Source of the DNA: an uncultured Actinomycetes bacterium
GTDB taxonomy: Bacteria > Actinomycetota > Thermoleophilia > RBG-16-64-13
Assembly (NCBI GenBank): GCA_963841735.1
Contig: CAWJDT010000001.1
Span: 1,344,001-1,408,000, forward strand
Reading direction: 5' to 3'
Length of the DNA: 64,000 nt
The notes under the pieces: model-generated
What the model was told of the DNA's origin: nothing
The model's database searches: none
Seen by the model: only the letters and a program-made list of their open reading frames with translations
Program-made: the position numbers and the translations under genes
Part shown: positions 9,620 to 18,101 of the stretch, piece by piece
How positions within the stretch are numbered: the first letter of the stretch is position 1
Layout: every line of letters begins with the position of its first letter

Positions 9620-10743
9620 CAGAAGATCAACAGCTGATAAGGGATACGGTCAAGGACTTCGCCGACCGGGTAGTCGCGCCGCGGGCGGCCGAGATCGACA
9701 AGACCGGCGATTTTCCCGTGGACATCCTGGGTCAGATGGCAGAGCTCGGGCTGATGGGTCTGCCCATAGCCGAGGAATACGGGGGATCGGGCGCCGACTA
9801 CCTGAGCTACTGCATGGCGCTGGAAGAGATCAGCCGGGCCTGCGGGTCCACCGGACTCACCTATGAGGCGCACATCTCGTTGGGCTGCATGCCTATCTAC
9901 TACTTTGGCACCGAGGAGCAGAAGAAAGAGTACCTGCCGCAGCTCTGCAGTGGGGAGAGCATGGGGTCGTTCGGCCTAACCGAGCCGGAGGCCGGCTCCG
10001 ACGCCGGCGGCACCAAGACCACCGCCGTCTTGGACAACGGCGAGTGGGTGATCAACGGCGGCAAGTGCTTCATCACCAACGCCAGCTACGCCAAGTTCGT
10101 CACCATCACGGCCCTCACCGACAAGGGCCAGGGCACCCGCGGCATCAGCGACATCATCGTGCCCACGGACGCGCCGGGTTTCACCATCCGAGCGGCCTAC
10201 GAGAAGATGGGTCTGCACGGCTCCAACACGACCGAGTTGACCTTCGACGGCGTGCGGGTGCCCGAGAAGAACCTGCTGGGCAAACGCGGCGAAGGTTTCA
10301 AACAGTTCCTCAAGGTGCTCGACGGTGGCCGCATCGCAATCGGTGCCATGGGAGTGGGCATCGCCCAGGCCTGTCTGGACGCCAGTCTCAAGTACGCCAA
10401 GGAACGCGTCCAGTTCGGTCAGTCCATCGGCAAGTTCCAGGCCATCCAGTTCAAGCTGGCCGACATGGCCATGAACATCGAGCTGGCGCGACTGATGTAC
10501 CAGAAGGCGGCTTGGCTGAAAGAGCAGGGCCGTCCCTACTCCAAAGAGGCCAACTACGCCAAGCTCTTTGGCTCGGAGATGTCCACCAAGGCGGCTCTGG
10601 AGGCCATCCAGATCCACGGCGGTTACGGGTACATGAAGGAATTCCCGGTGGAGCGCTACCTGCGCGACTCCAAGCTGCTGGAGATCGGCGAGGGCACCTC
10701 TGAGGTAATGCGCCTGGTGATCGCGAGGGGTCTGGGTTTGTAG
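9604..10743 (+). CDS. Acyl-CoA dehydrogenase (short/branched-chain type)
   Basis: GTG start VDFELTE; FGLTEPEAGSDA, GGRIAIGA, RVQFG, QIHGGYGY, EIGEGTSE. Confidence 0.93.
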   Translation: MDFELTEDQQLIRDTVKDFADRVVAPRAAEIDKTGDFPVDILGQMAELGLMGLPIAEEYGGSGADYLSYCMALEEISRACGSTGLTYEAHISLGCMPIYYFGTEEQKKEYLPQLCSGESMGSFGLTEPEAGSDAGGTKTTAVLDNGEWVINGGKCFITNASYAKFVTITALTDKGQGTRGISDIIVPTDAPGFTIRAAYEKMGLHGSNTTELTFDGVRVPEKNLLGKRGEGFKQFLKVLDGGRIAIGAMGVGIAQACLDASLKYAKERVQFGQSIGKFQAIQFKLADMAMNIELARLMYQKAAWLKEQGRPYSKEANYAKLFGSEMSTKAALEAIQIHGGYGYMKEFPVERYLRDSKLLEIGEGTSEVMRLVIARGLGL

Positions 10744-10769
10744 CGTGCACACGGCAAGGAGGCGTTGAA

Positions 10770-11213
10770 ATGGCTGAGCAAGTGAAGTTCTACCCCGCGT
10801 ACTGGGGCGGGAAGAAGCTGTGCTATCCCAACGTTCCCGCGGAGGCGCCCAAGTTCGCCAATTCCGTCGTGGCCGGCAACCTCATCTTCGTCTCGGGGTG
10901 CCAGGGCCAGAACGACGAGACCGTGAGTGTCGATACCGACGTCTTCGAGGAACAGATGATCATCGCCCTCGACAAGGTGCGGCACTGCATGGAAGAGGCG
11001 GGCAGCAGTATGAACAACGTCATCAAGACGCTCATCATGCTCAAGAATGTCCAAGACTACCCGCGTATGCGCAAGACCGAGCTGGAGTACTACCAGAAAC
11101 ACGCACCCCTGCTTGTGGAGGATCCACCGGCCAGTACCTTCATGGTGGTGGGTCTCGCCAAGCCGGAGTTTCTGATAGAGATCGACGTGGTAGGGGTGGT
11201 CTCCAGGGGCTGA
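10770..11213 (+). CDS. RidA/YjgF family protein
   Basis: NLIFVSG, EAGSSMNNVIK, PPAST, LIEIDVV; AAGGAGG RBS. Confidence 0.8.
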   Translation: MAEQVKFYPAYWGGKKLCYPNVPAEAPKFANSVVAGNLIFVSGCQGQNDETVSVDTDVFEEQMIIALDKVRHCMEEAGSSMNNVIKTLIMLKNVQDYPRMRKTELEYYQKHAPLLVEDPPASTFMVVGLAKPEFLIEIDVVGVVSRG

Positions 11214-11238
11214 CCGCCTGCCCGCCTGCCGATGCCGG

Positions 11239-11661
11239 CTAGAGTTCCGTCAGCAGCTTTACGACGGTCTTCTCGTCGTCGGCCGTGTCCACCCCGATAT
11301 GCGCGACGAACTTGGTGCCCAGACCGGCAGCGGAAAAGCCGCGCATGTTGACTCCGGCATCTCCAATGGCCCCCGCAAGGGCGGCTGCGACTCCGGGCTC
11401 GTTGGGCCCCTCTACGCGAACCGAGTGCAGCCTGGAGGTGACGGCAAACCCGACTGCCGCCGCCGCCTGGATCTCGCGGTCGCCTCGGAGTGGGGTCACG
11501 AAGATGACGCCGGTGCCGGACTTCTCGGGTGCGCGCCGCACTATGACGAAGTCGAGATCCACGCCGGCGGCGTTCAGCGCCGACAGCACAAGTGCCAACG
11601 CCCCCGGCTTGTCATTCATGCTCGCCGCCCAGACGTCCTCTCTCTCCACGAGCAAGTCCAT
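11239..11661 (-). CDS. Tandem ACT-domain (amino acid-binding) protein
   Basis: DKPGALA..L..AGVDL and NEPGVAA..I.DAGVNM ACT repeats; GGAG RBS before MDLLVE. Confidence 0.75.
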   Translation of the reverse strand: MDLLVEREDVWAASMNDKPGALALVLSALNAAGVDLDFVIVRRAPEKSGTGVIFVTPLRGDREIQAAAAVGFAVTSRLHSVRVEGPNEPGVAAALAGAIGDAGVNMRGFSAAGLGTKFVAHIGVDTADDEKTVVKLLTEL

Positions 11662-12120
11662 GATCACTCCTTCCCGCGTAGCCTGCATGGATTCTCAAGC
11701 CAGAGACTACCCACATCCCTCGGGCCTCATTCGCGCGGTCAGAAAGTCACGACTTCGGCCTATCCCGGCGCCTGGGATACCGGACGGCATTCGAACCCAA
11801 GGCTAGGGCCCCAGCCCGCCCGCTCCTCAGCCGTCCACTTGCGCGAGGAGGCCAAGGGCCGCTTCCCTTTGTCTTGGAGCGCGTCTCGACGAGTGTCTTG
11901 CTGGCGTTTCGGGGAGGCCGACCCTCGCACGTCATCTTCGAACGTCGCATCTCCCCGAGGCTGTAATGTCAGGCGGAAGTGGCAAGGCGTGCCGCCCCGC
12001 CCCGCTTGACTCCCCGTGGGGCGGCATATACAGATGGGATGAGAAGGCCGACCTCCCCCGGAGTACCGTGAGGTCCCCAATCAGAGTCGGGCTCGTGGGC
12101 CCAAATGAAGGAGGCCAGCC

Positions 12121-13203
12121 ATGTGCGATGCTAGCACCACCGAGCAAGCGAAGGTGACCGTGGGTCTCGATCTGAGCGACCGTTGTTGTCAGATCTGTGT
12201 GCTCGACGAAGCGGGCGAGGTGACCGAGGAGGGCCGGGTGACGACCAAGCCGGAAGCCTTGCGTCGCCGCTTCTCCGGGGCGGATCCGCTACGCATCGTG
12301 ATCGAGGCCGGCACCCACTCCCCCTGGGTTAGCCGTCTGCTTTCCGAACTTGGACACGACGTTGTCGTGGCCAATCCCCGCAAGCTCCGCTTCATCTACC
12401 AGAACGACTCGAAGTCAGACCGGGTGGACGCCGAGTACCTGGCCCGGGTCGGTCGTCTGGACCCGGAGCTGCTGGCCCCCCTCACCCATCGGAGAGCCGA
12501 GACCCAGTCCGACCTCGCGCTTGTGCGCAGTCGCAATGCCCTGGTCAGGGCTCGCACCCGTCTGATCAGTCATGCCCGCGGCTGCACGAAGTCCTTGGGC
12601 AGCCGCCTGCCCACCTGCGCGAGCGACGTCTTTGCCCAAAAGGCCGGGCCGTGTGTCCCCGAGGAGCTTGCTCCCGCCCTGGCTCCGGTCCTCACCGTCA
12701 TCCAGAACATCTCCGATGAGATCCGCGCTCTCGATCAGAAGATCGAAGACATGGCCAAGGAGCGCTACCCAGAGACCGCGCTTCTCTCCCAGGTGCCCGG
12801 CGTGGGCACGCTTACGGCCACAGTCTATGTCCTTACCGTGGAAGATCCCGAGCGCTTCCCCAAGTGCCGCTCGGTGGGCTCGTATCTCGGCCTCAGGCCC
12901 CGGCAGGCAAGCTCCGGTTCCCTGGAGCCTCAGCTGCGCATCACCAAAGCCGGGGACGAGCACCTGCGCTGGCTCCTCGTGAGCGCCGCCCACTACATCC
13001 TCGGGCCCTTCGGCCCGGACTCGGATCTCAGGCGTTGGGGTCTTGCCTTGGCCGCGCAGGGCGGCAAGCGGGGCAAGAAGCGAGCGGTAGTGGCGGTGGC
13101 CCGCAAGCTCTCGGTGCTCCTCCTGCACCTCTGGAGGACCGGTGAGGTCTACGAGCCACTGCGCAACGTCCGGCTCCGCGGCGAGACTGCGCCCACCACC
13201 TAG
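12121..13203 (+). CDS. IS110-family DEDD recombinase/transposase
   Basis: GLDLS, IEAG, KSDRVDA (RuvC-like DEDD); VPGVG, SYLGL.P..ASSG, KRAVVAVARKL; AAGGAGG RBS. Confidence 0.95.
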   Translation: MCDASTTEQAKVTVGLDLSDRCCQICVLDEAGEVTEEGRVTTKPEALRRRFSGADPLRIVIEAGTHSPWVSRLLSELGHDVVVANPRKLRFIYQNDSKSDRVDAEYLARVGRLDPELLAPLTHRRAETQSDLALVRSRNALVRARTRLISHARGCTKSLGSRLPTCASDVFAQKAGPCVPEELAPALAPVLTVIQNISDEIRALDQKIEDMAKERYPETALLSQVPGVGTLTATVYVLTVEDPERFPKCRSVGSYLGLRPRQASSGSLEPQLRITKAGDEHLRWLLVSAAHYILGPFGPDSDLRRWGLALAAQGGKRGKKRAVVAVARKLSVLLLHLWRTGEVYEPLRNVRLRGETAPTT

Positions 13204-13546
13204 GAGCGGTGAAGATGAGAGATGCCGACGGGAAGGATCGATAACCAAGGAAGACCGGCGGGTGAACCCATCGCAGGAGACCAGCAAAAAGACCAACCGC
13301 CCAGGGTGAAAGCGACTGCGCACACAGACTCGGCCGTACAGAACGACACCAACCCGGTGCCGTCCCCAAGGCCGCTATACAGATAGCAGCGCTTCCCCCC
13401 GGCCGGACCCCAACGTGCACCGGGTCCCGCCATAGGTTCCCGACAAAAAGTGCGAATGGAAGCGTGGCCGTGGTCTTGGCTCTTCGCGGCGGAAGAGGGA
13501 TGATAGAAACCGAGCAGAGGAGGAAGAAGCAACCCAAGAATCGCTC
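13204..13546 (+). ncRNA. Putative bridge/seek RNA region of the IS1111 element (exact ends unknown)
   Basis: Stem-internal loop-stem at 13310-13394 carrying CAGACT (13325-30) and TATACAG (13376-82), matching the reconstructed target TATAC-AG-TCTG; ATGGAAG (13456-62) matches the donor junction. Confidence 0.7.
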
Positions 13547-13572
13547 TTGACACCGGCCGGCTTCTCATGGAA

Positions 13573-13675
13573 GTCTGCATAACCCCAAGACCGCGCGAGC
13601 GTCTTGGGCCCAGAAACCGCTCGGCAGGCCGACCAGGGGGGCCGTTTTGAGATTCGCACCCGGAGTTATGCAGAC
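13573..13675. repeat. About 100-bp segment with 11-bp terminal inverted repeats (MITE-like, or atypical attC)
   Basis: GTCTGCATAAC (13573-83) / GTTATGCAGAC (13665-75); internal hairpin CCCAAGAC / GTCTTGGG; no clear L boxes. Confidence 0.5.
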
Positions 13676-13698
13676 ACCCTGGTGCTTCGTCGGTCTAT

Positions 13699-13731
13699 TT
13701 GGGCAGACTGGATAAGCATTGTTGGGCAGAC
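13699..13731 (+). other. Putative integron attI site
   Basis: Core GTTGGGC (13721-27) is the exact complement of R'' GCCCAAC of the first attC; direct repeat TTGGGCAGAC at 13699-708 and 13722-731; no attC-type hairpin. Confidence 0.55.
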
Positions 13732-13837
13732 GCTCGGGACTGTGCCGAGAAACGGACCCGTGTTCATGGAACGACCCCATGAACCAGGATGGACTGGACT
13801 GATGCGTAGACACGTCAAGATGAGAGGGACTACCACG

Positions 13838-14341
13838 GTGAAACCGGCGAACGGAGAAGGACCTTGGTTCACTGAGCTGGATGAAGGTTCGCCCCTCTTC
13901 CTCGAGGCCGTCCGACGGGCCAGGGCGACCGCCCCGTCATTCATCCAGGCCTACACCGCGAAGAAGTACCCAGAGGCTGCTTTCCTCATAAAGGTCCCCT
14001 TCGACAGGATGGGCCCCGAAGGTCGCTGCAGAGTCCGGAGCGCAGACGATGCAGGAGCACTCGGCGAGGCCTACATGCATCTCTGGATGCTTGTGCACGA
14101 CGCGCTCGATGATCTTCTGTTTGCACACACCTTCGAGTTCCCAGAGGGCTTGGTCGGCCTTGACGTCGGCCAAACCTATGTGATAGGCCCAGACAGAATC
14201 GAAGACTGGATGATCAATGAGCAGGGAGTCGTGTTCGGTGCCTTCACTCTGAGGCTCCAAAGGGACGCGCTTCCCGAAGCCGAGCGGCCACGCTTTGATG
14301 CTCACACTGGCATCGTGCGCTTTTCCGACGAGCTGCCGTGA
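13838..14341 (+). CDS. Cassette 1: DUF2314/YegJ-like protein
   Basis: AVRRARAT..F, FLIKVPF, HLW, IEDWMI, GAFTLR pattern; GTG start after GAGGGA (ATG at 13820 is an alternative). Confidence 0.7.
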   Translation: MKPANGEGPWFTELDEGSPLFLEAVRRARATAPSFIQAYTAKKYPEAAFLIKVPFDRMGPEGRCRVRSADDAGALGEAYMHLWMLVHDALDDLLFAHTFEFPEGLVGLDVGQTYVIGPDRIEDWMINEQGVVFGAFTLRLQRDALPEAERPRFDAHTGIVRFSDELP

Positions 14342-14367
14342 AGGGCTGAACTGCTCGATGCCTCGCT

Positions 14368-14428
14368 GCCCAACAAGCCGGTGCAACGGACGCCCTTCGG
14401 GCGCCGCTGACCGGCTGAGACGTTAGCC
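14368..14428 (+). repeat. attC site 1 (61 bp)
   Basis: GCCCAAC-aagcc-GGTGCAAC...CGCCC-TTC-GGGCG...GCTGACC-N9-GTTAGCC. Confidence 0.88.
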
Positions 14429-14484
14429 GCACTCGTCCCAAGGTTGCATGTGTACGTGTCCGATTCGCGAGGTATCATCAAGCC

Positions 14485-14697
14485 ATGAGCATGCCTGCTA
14501 TCGATATCAACGCCATGGAGCCCGAAGAGCGTCTGCGACTCATCGGTGATCTCTGGGACTCCCTCACTGAGAGCCAGGAGGACGTCGGCCTTACGCCGGG
14601 TCAGCGCGCTGAACTCGACCGTCGCCTAGACAGACTGGAGTCTGGTAAGGCGAAGCTAGTGTCTTGGGACGAGCTCAAGGCGCGACTTGTCGGCTGA
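14485..14697 (+). CDS. Cassette 2: addiction module antitoxin (TIGR02574-like)
   Basis: EERLRLIGDLWDSL, QRAELDRRL, SWDELKARL; TATCAT 6 nt before ATG (leaderless). Confidence 0.85.
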   Translation: MSMPAIDINAMEPEERLRLIGDLWDSLTESQEDVGLTPGQRAELDRRLDRLESGKAKLVSWDELKARLVG

Positions 14698-15001
14698 GCC
14701 GGCTCGTGCGGTCTGGCTTCTCGATGAGGCGGAAGACGATATCGCCGCCGCGTTCGAATGGTATGAATCCAGACGTCTCGGGCTTGGTGCGGAGTTCATA
14801 CACGCAGTCGACGGGGTGCTTGTCTCGTTGCTTGACTTCCCAGAATCACGCGAGGCCGTCCACCGGAGTACTCGCCGCTGTCTCGTGGGGAGATTCCCTT
14901 TCGAGATCTTCTACCGCTTGGAGCCGGGTCTTCTGGTCGTCGTCGCGTGCATGCACGCTGCTCGCGATCCCAAGGCTGTGCTTAGGCGTATCGGCGGCTA
15001 A
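14687..15001 (+). CDS. Cassette 2: RelE/ParE-family toxin
   Basis: EAEDDIAAAFEWYE, GLGAEF, RRCLVGRFPFEIFYR, VACMHAARDP; stop TAA lies in R'' of attC2. Confidence 0.88.
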   Translation: MSAEPARAVWLLDEAEDDIAAAFEWYESRRLGLGAEFIHAVDGVLVSLLDFPESREAVHRSTRRCLVGRFPFEIFYRLEPGLLVVVACMHAARDPKAVLRRIGG

Positions 15002-15056
15002 CAAGTCGGTGCAGCAGACGCCCTTCGGGCGCGGCTGACGCGCTGAGTCGTTGGCG
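14996..15056 (+). repeat. attC site 2 (61 bp)
   Basis: GGCTAAC-aagtc-GGTGCAGC...CGCCC-TTC-GGGCG...GCTGACG-N9-GTTGGCG; closely similar to attC1. Confidence 0.9.
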
Positions 15057-15074
15057 ACATCTTCGGGAGGTCAG

Positions 15075-15506
15075 ATGGAGCCGCGGATCAGCATCGTTTC
15101 GCTTGGCGTTGACGACTTGCCTCGCGCGATTCGCTTCTACCGTGATGGGTTGGGTCTGCCCACATCGGCGGCTGACGACGCGAGCATTGCGTTCTTTCAG
15201 ACTTGGGGCACGTGCTTCGCGTTGTATCCAAGAGACGGCCTCGCGGCTGACATCTCCTCCGACCTTGCGTCCGCGGCTTCACCGTTCTCGGGCGTGACGC
15301 TCGCGTACGTGGCGCGTTCCGTGCAGGAGGTCGATGACACGCTGGCGTTGGCAGAGCGTGCCGGCGGCACGATTGCCAAGCCTGCGCAGAAGGTGTTTTG
15401 GGGCGGATACAGCGGCTACTTCAGGGATCCAGATGGACACTACTGGGAGGTTGCGTACTGGGACGAGTGGGTGTTCAAGTCTGACGGAAGTCTGGTCATC
15501 GAGTAG
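15075..15506 (+). CDS. Cassette 3: VOC/glyoxalase family protein
   Basis: RISIVSLGVDDL.RA.RFYRDGLG, KPAQKVFWGGYSGYFRDPDGHYWEVA; GGGAGG RBS. Confidence 0.92.
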   Translation: MEPRISIVSLGVDDLPRAIRFYRDGLGLPTSAADDASIAFFQTWGTCFALYPRDGLAADISSDLASAASPFSGVTLAYVARSVQEVDDTLALAERAGGTIAKPAQKVFWGGYSGYFRDPDGHYWEVAYWDEWVFKSDGSLVIE

Positions 15507-15507
15507 T

Positions 15508-15686
15508 CGCTAACGAGCGCGATGCCGCGCCCAAAACAGTCCCGATGCGGCCGGGTCATCGAAGCCGACTTCGGAGCCCATTGCGTGGCGGTTGCGGTGT
15601 AGGATTGATATAGGAGCAACAGCCGACTTCCTGCGTTGTCATATATCACGGCCGACGGGCGCGGCTGACCGGCATGAACGTTGGGT
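15508..15686 (+). repeat. attC site 3, interrupted or composite
   Basis: R'' CGCTAAC (15508-14) and right arm GGGCGCGGCTGACC-N9-GTTGGGT (to 15686) are 179 bp apart versus 61 bp in attC1/2. Confidence 0.65.
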
Positions 15687-15705
15687 GCAGAATGTTGGAG
15701 CGGAT

Positions 15706-16139
15706 ATGCAGATGATAACTGGAAGCTGTTTGTGCGGTCATATTGCATACGAGTACACAGGGGAGCCTGGCCCTTCAAGTTATTGCCATTGTTCGGACTG
15801 CAGGAAAGTAACAGGAACTGCCTTTATGGTAAGCGTTCGTTTTGAAGCAAGATTCTTTAGAATCACTACCGGCAATAATACTAAGAGCTATACCAAAATC
15901 GCTGACAGCGGCAATAGCATTACAAGGGACTTTTGTCCAAATTGTGGTTCTCCGATTTTCACAGCATCACCACACTGACCCGGAATATATCTGGGTAAGA
16001 GCAGGTACTTTGGACGATTCAAGCTTTATCAAGCCGGCCCATCAAAGCTGGACTGATTCAAAAGTCGAGTGGGCTGATATTCCGGACGATATAGAAAGCT
16101 TTCGAAAAGGTCGTCCACAAGACGGAGTTATCACCCAAC
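15706..16139 (+). pseudogene. Cassette 4: GFA (DUF636) family protein, frameshifted
   Basis: GSCLCG, CHCSDCRK, RDFCPNCGSPI, then shift near 15975 to PEYIWVRAGTLDD..HQSWTDSK.EW; visibly AT-richer than host. Confidence 0.85.
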
Positions 16140-16190
16140 ACCGGCATCAAGACCGACCGCTATCGCGGCGGTCTATGGTATGCGTTAGGC
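16133..16190 (+). repeat. attC site 4 (58 bp, different sequence type)
   Basis: ACCCAAC...AGACCGACCGC-TATC-GCGGCGGTCT...GTTAGGC; R'' complements GTTGGGT at the cassette start. Confidence 0.8.
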
Positions 16191-16414
16191 AGGCTCGTGC
16201 GACGCTTCAATGCTCTGAGGTCTAGACCCTGGCTGTCGCCCGACCTTGCGAAGAGGTTGGATGGATGCTTTCTTGTATGGTGTTTGCCGGGTGGCAACAG
16301 CCATTCATGAACTCCCGGCCATTGCGTACACGCGCGGAATGAGACTGACTGGGGCGGGTCGGATTCTGAGTCAGGACTGCACGGTGAAAACGAGAACAAG
16401 AAGGAGCCGATAAG

Positions 16415-18097
16415 TTGAAGACAAGAACAGGAACACTCTGCCTTCTGATCGCCTGCGCTATGGCTCTGATGTTCACTCTTGCGGGCTGCGGTGGATCAAG
16501 TGAAACCACGGCGGCCGCGATAGATCCCGAAGACGAAGCGCTCTCGTTTGCCGGTGTGGCTGGTGAAAAGTACGACGTGATGCTCGACGGGGCACCTATC
16601 GGCATAACCAAGTACTTGGTCACCTACGTTGCCAGTCCTATTCAGATGTCCGATGAGGTGGCAGTCAAAGACGACACCACGCAGTCGAAGATGGACCTCT
16701 ATGCAAGGCAGAAGATGTACATCTATGTGCCTGACGTCTCGGCTGATGATCAGGGCGCGGCTATCATCCTGCAGGTGGACAACGCTGGTTGGGTGAGCAG
16801 CCCGGTGCGGGACGTTCTGCCGGTAGGCAGCAAGGCGGTCAGCAATTCGGACAAGGACCCACTCGGTGCCGCCTTGAAGGCCGGTTACATCATCGTCAGG
16901 GCCGGCACGCGCAGCCGCGGACTCACTGCCGCGGACGGCACGTATGCCGGTCATGCTCCGGCGGTCGTCGTAGACGCAAAAGCGGCGATACGGTACCTCA
17001 AGCTCAATGACGAGAAGATGCCCGGATCGGCAGGCAGGATCGTCATCACCGGGACAAGCGGCGGCGGTGGCCTCTCGGTGGCAGTGGCGGCCAGCGGTAA
17101 CAGCCCCGACTACTACCCGTATCTGCAAGAGATCGGGGCCGCGGGAATCGACGCGAACGGCAATAGCACGCTCACCGACGACGTATTCGCAACGGTCGCC
17201 TATTGCCCGATCACCGACCTCGACCACGCGGACATCGCCTACGAGTGGCAGTATGGAGCGACGAGGCTGCTTGGTGACTACACCAAAGGCGAGCCTGAGA
17301 CCCCGGTTTCCGATGACATGAAGGCTGTATCCGCGGAACTTGCGGCCCAATACCCCGCGTATCTTGCCGGCCTCGGGCTGAAGCTCGATGATGGCACGGC
17401 GCTTACCGCCGAAACCATGCCGAGCGCGATTGAAGCGCTGGTAAGAGCCGGAGTCGAAAAGGCGATGGCAGGCGGCGATACTGTGCCGGATCTGGGCGAA
17501 CAGTGGACATTCGGCGCCAGTAGTGCGACCAACGAATGGCTGGATGTTGACAATGACGCTGACACCGTTGTGAGTATCGACTACACCAAGTACCTTGAAT
17601 TCGTAGTCACGATGACTCAGCTCAAGACGGCCCCCGCGTTCGAGAGCTATGGCACGCCGCTCCAGGGCATAATGAATGAGTCCAGCCTCGCCGGCGACGA
17701 AACACAGGAGTACAACCACTGGTTGCGTTGGTCGTGGGAAAACGACGCCAAGCCCGGTAACGGAGTAGGTTTGGACGACACCGCACTAGCCTTTGATCAG
17801 TTCATGAGCACCGACGCCGGCAAGGCAGTGACGAAGCAGATGAAAATGATCAACCCGCTGCCATACCTCTTGAGCAACGAAGAAGGCGACAGCGCGCCGT
17901 ACTGGTATGTCCGTCACGGAATGCGCGACCGCGACACGTCATTTGCAGTCGAGGTGGCGTTGTTCTACGCGATCCAGAGCGATCCGACCGTCAAGGGTGC
18001 CAACTACGCACTGGCCTACATGCAACCGCACGCCGGCGACTACGACGTCCAGGAGGCCTACGCCTGGCTCGCGGGAGTCTTGGCGACGGCGGAGTAG
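16415..18097 (+). CDS. Subtype B tannase-like alpha/beta hydrolase lipoprotein
   Basis: Lipobox LAGC; VDAKAAIRYL, GTSGGG nucleophile, YCPITDLDHAD.AYEW, RHGMRDRDTS, HAGDYD; AAGGAG RBS before TTG. Confidence 0.85.
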   Translation: MKTRTGTLCLLIACAMALMFTLAGCGGSSETTAAAIDPEDEALSFAGVAGEKYDVMLDGAPIGITKYLVTYVASPIQMSDEVAVKDDTTQSKMDLYARQKMYIYVPDVSADDQGAAIILQVDNAGWVSSPVRDVLPVGSKAVSNSDKDPLGAALKAGYIIVRAGTRSRGLTAADGTYAGHAPAVVVDAKAAIRYLKLNDEKMPGSAGRIVITGTSGGGGLSVAVAASGNSPDYYPYLQEIGAAGIDANGNSTLTDDVFATVAYCPITDLDHADIAYEWQYGATRLLGDYTKGEPETPVSDDMKAVSAELAAQYPAYLAGLGLKLDDGTALTAETMPSAIEALVRAGVEKAMAGGDTVPDLGEQWTFGASSATNEWLDVDNDADTVVSIDYTKYLEFVVTMTQLKTAPAFESYGTPLQGIMNESSLAGDETQEYNHWLRWSWENDAKPGNGVGLDDTALAFDQFMSTDAGKAVTKQMKMINPLPYLLSNEEGDSAPYWYVRHGMRDRDTSFAVEVALFYAIQSDPTVKGANYALAYMQPHAGDYDVQEAYAWLAGVLATAE

Positions 18098-18101
18098 GGC
18101 G

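Larger units (their letters stand above)
12032..13571 (+). mobile_element. Complete IS1111-subgroup (IS110 family) insertion sequence, 1540 bp
   Basis: Sub-terminal IRs ATGAGAAG (12039-12046, 7 nt from left end) and CTTCTCAT (13561-13568, 3 nt from right end); AG core at 12032-33 and 13572-73; TTGACA at 13547-52 near right end; long non-coding 3' region. Confidence 0.85.

Noticed and set aside
11700-12000. intI remnant upstream of the cassette array
   Set aside because: No tyrosine recombinase motifs (HxLRH, LLGH) in the listed ORFs or by eye
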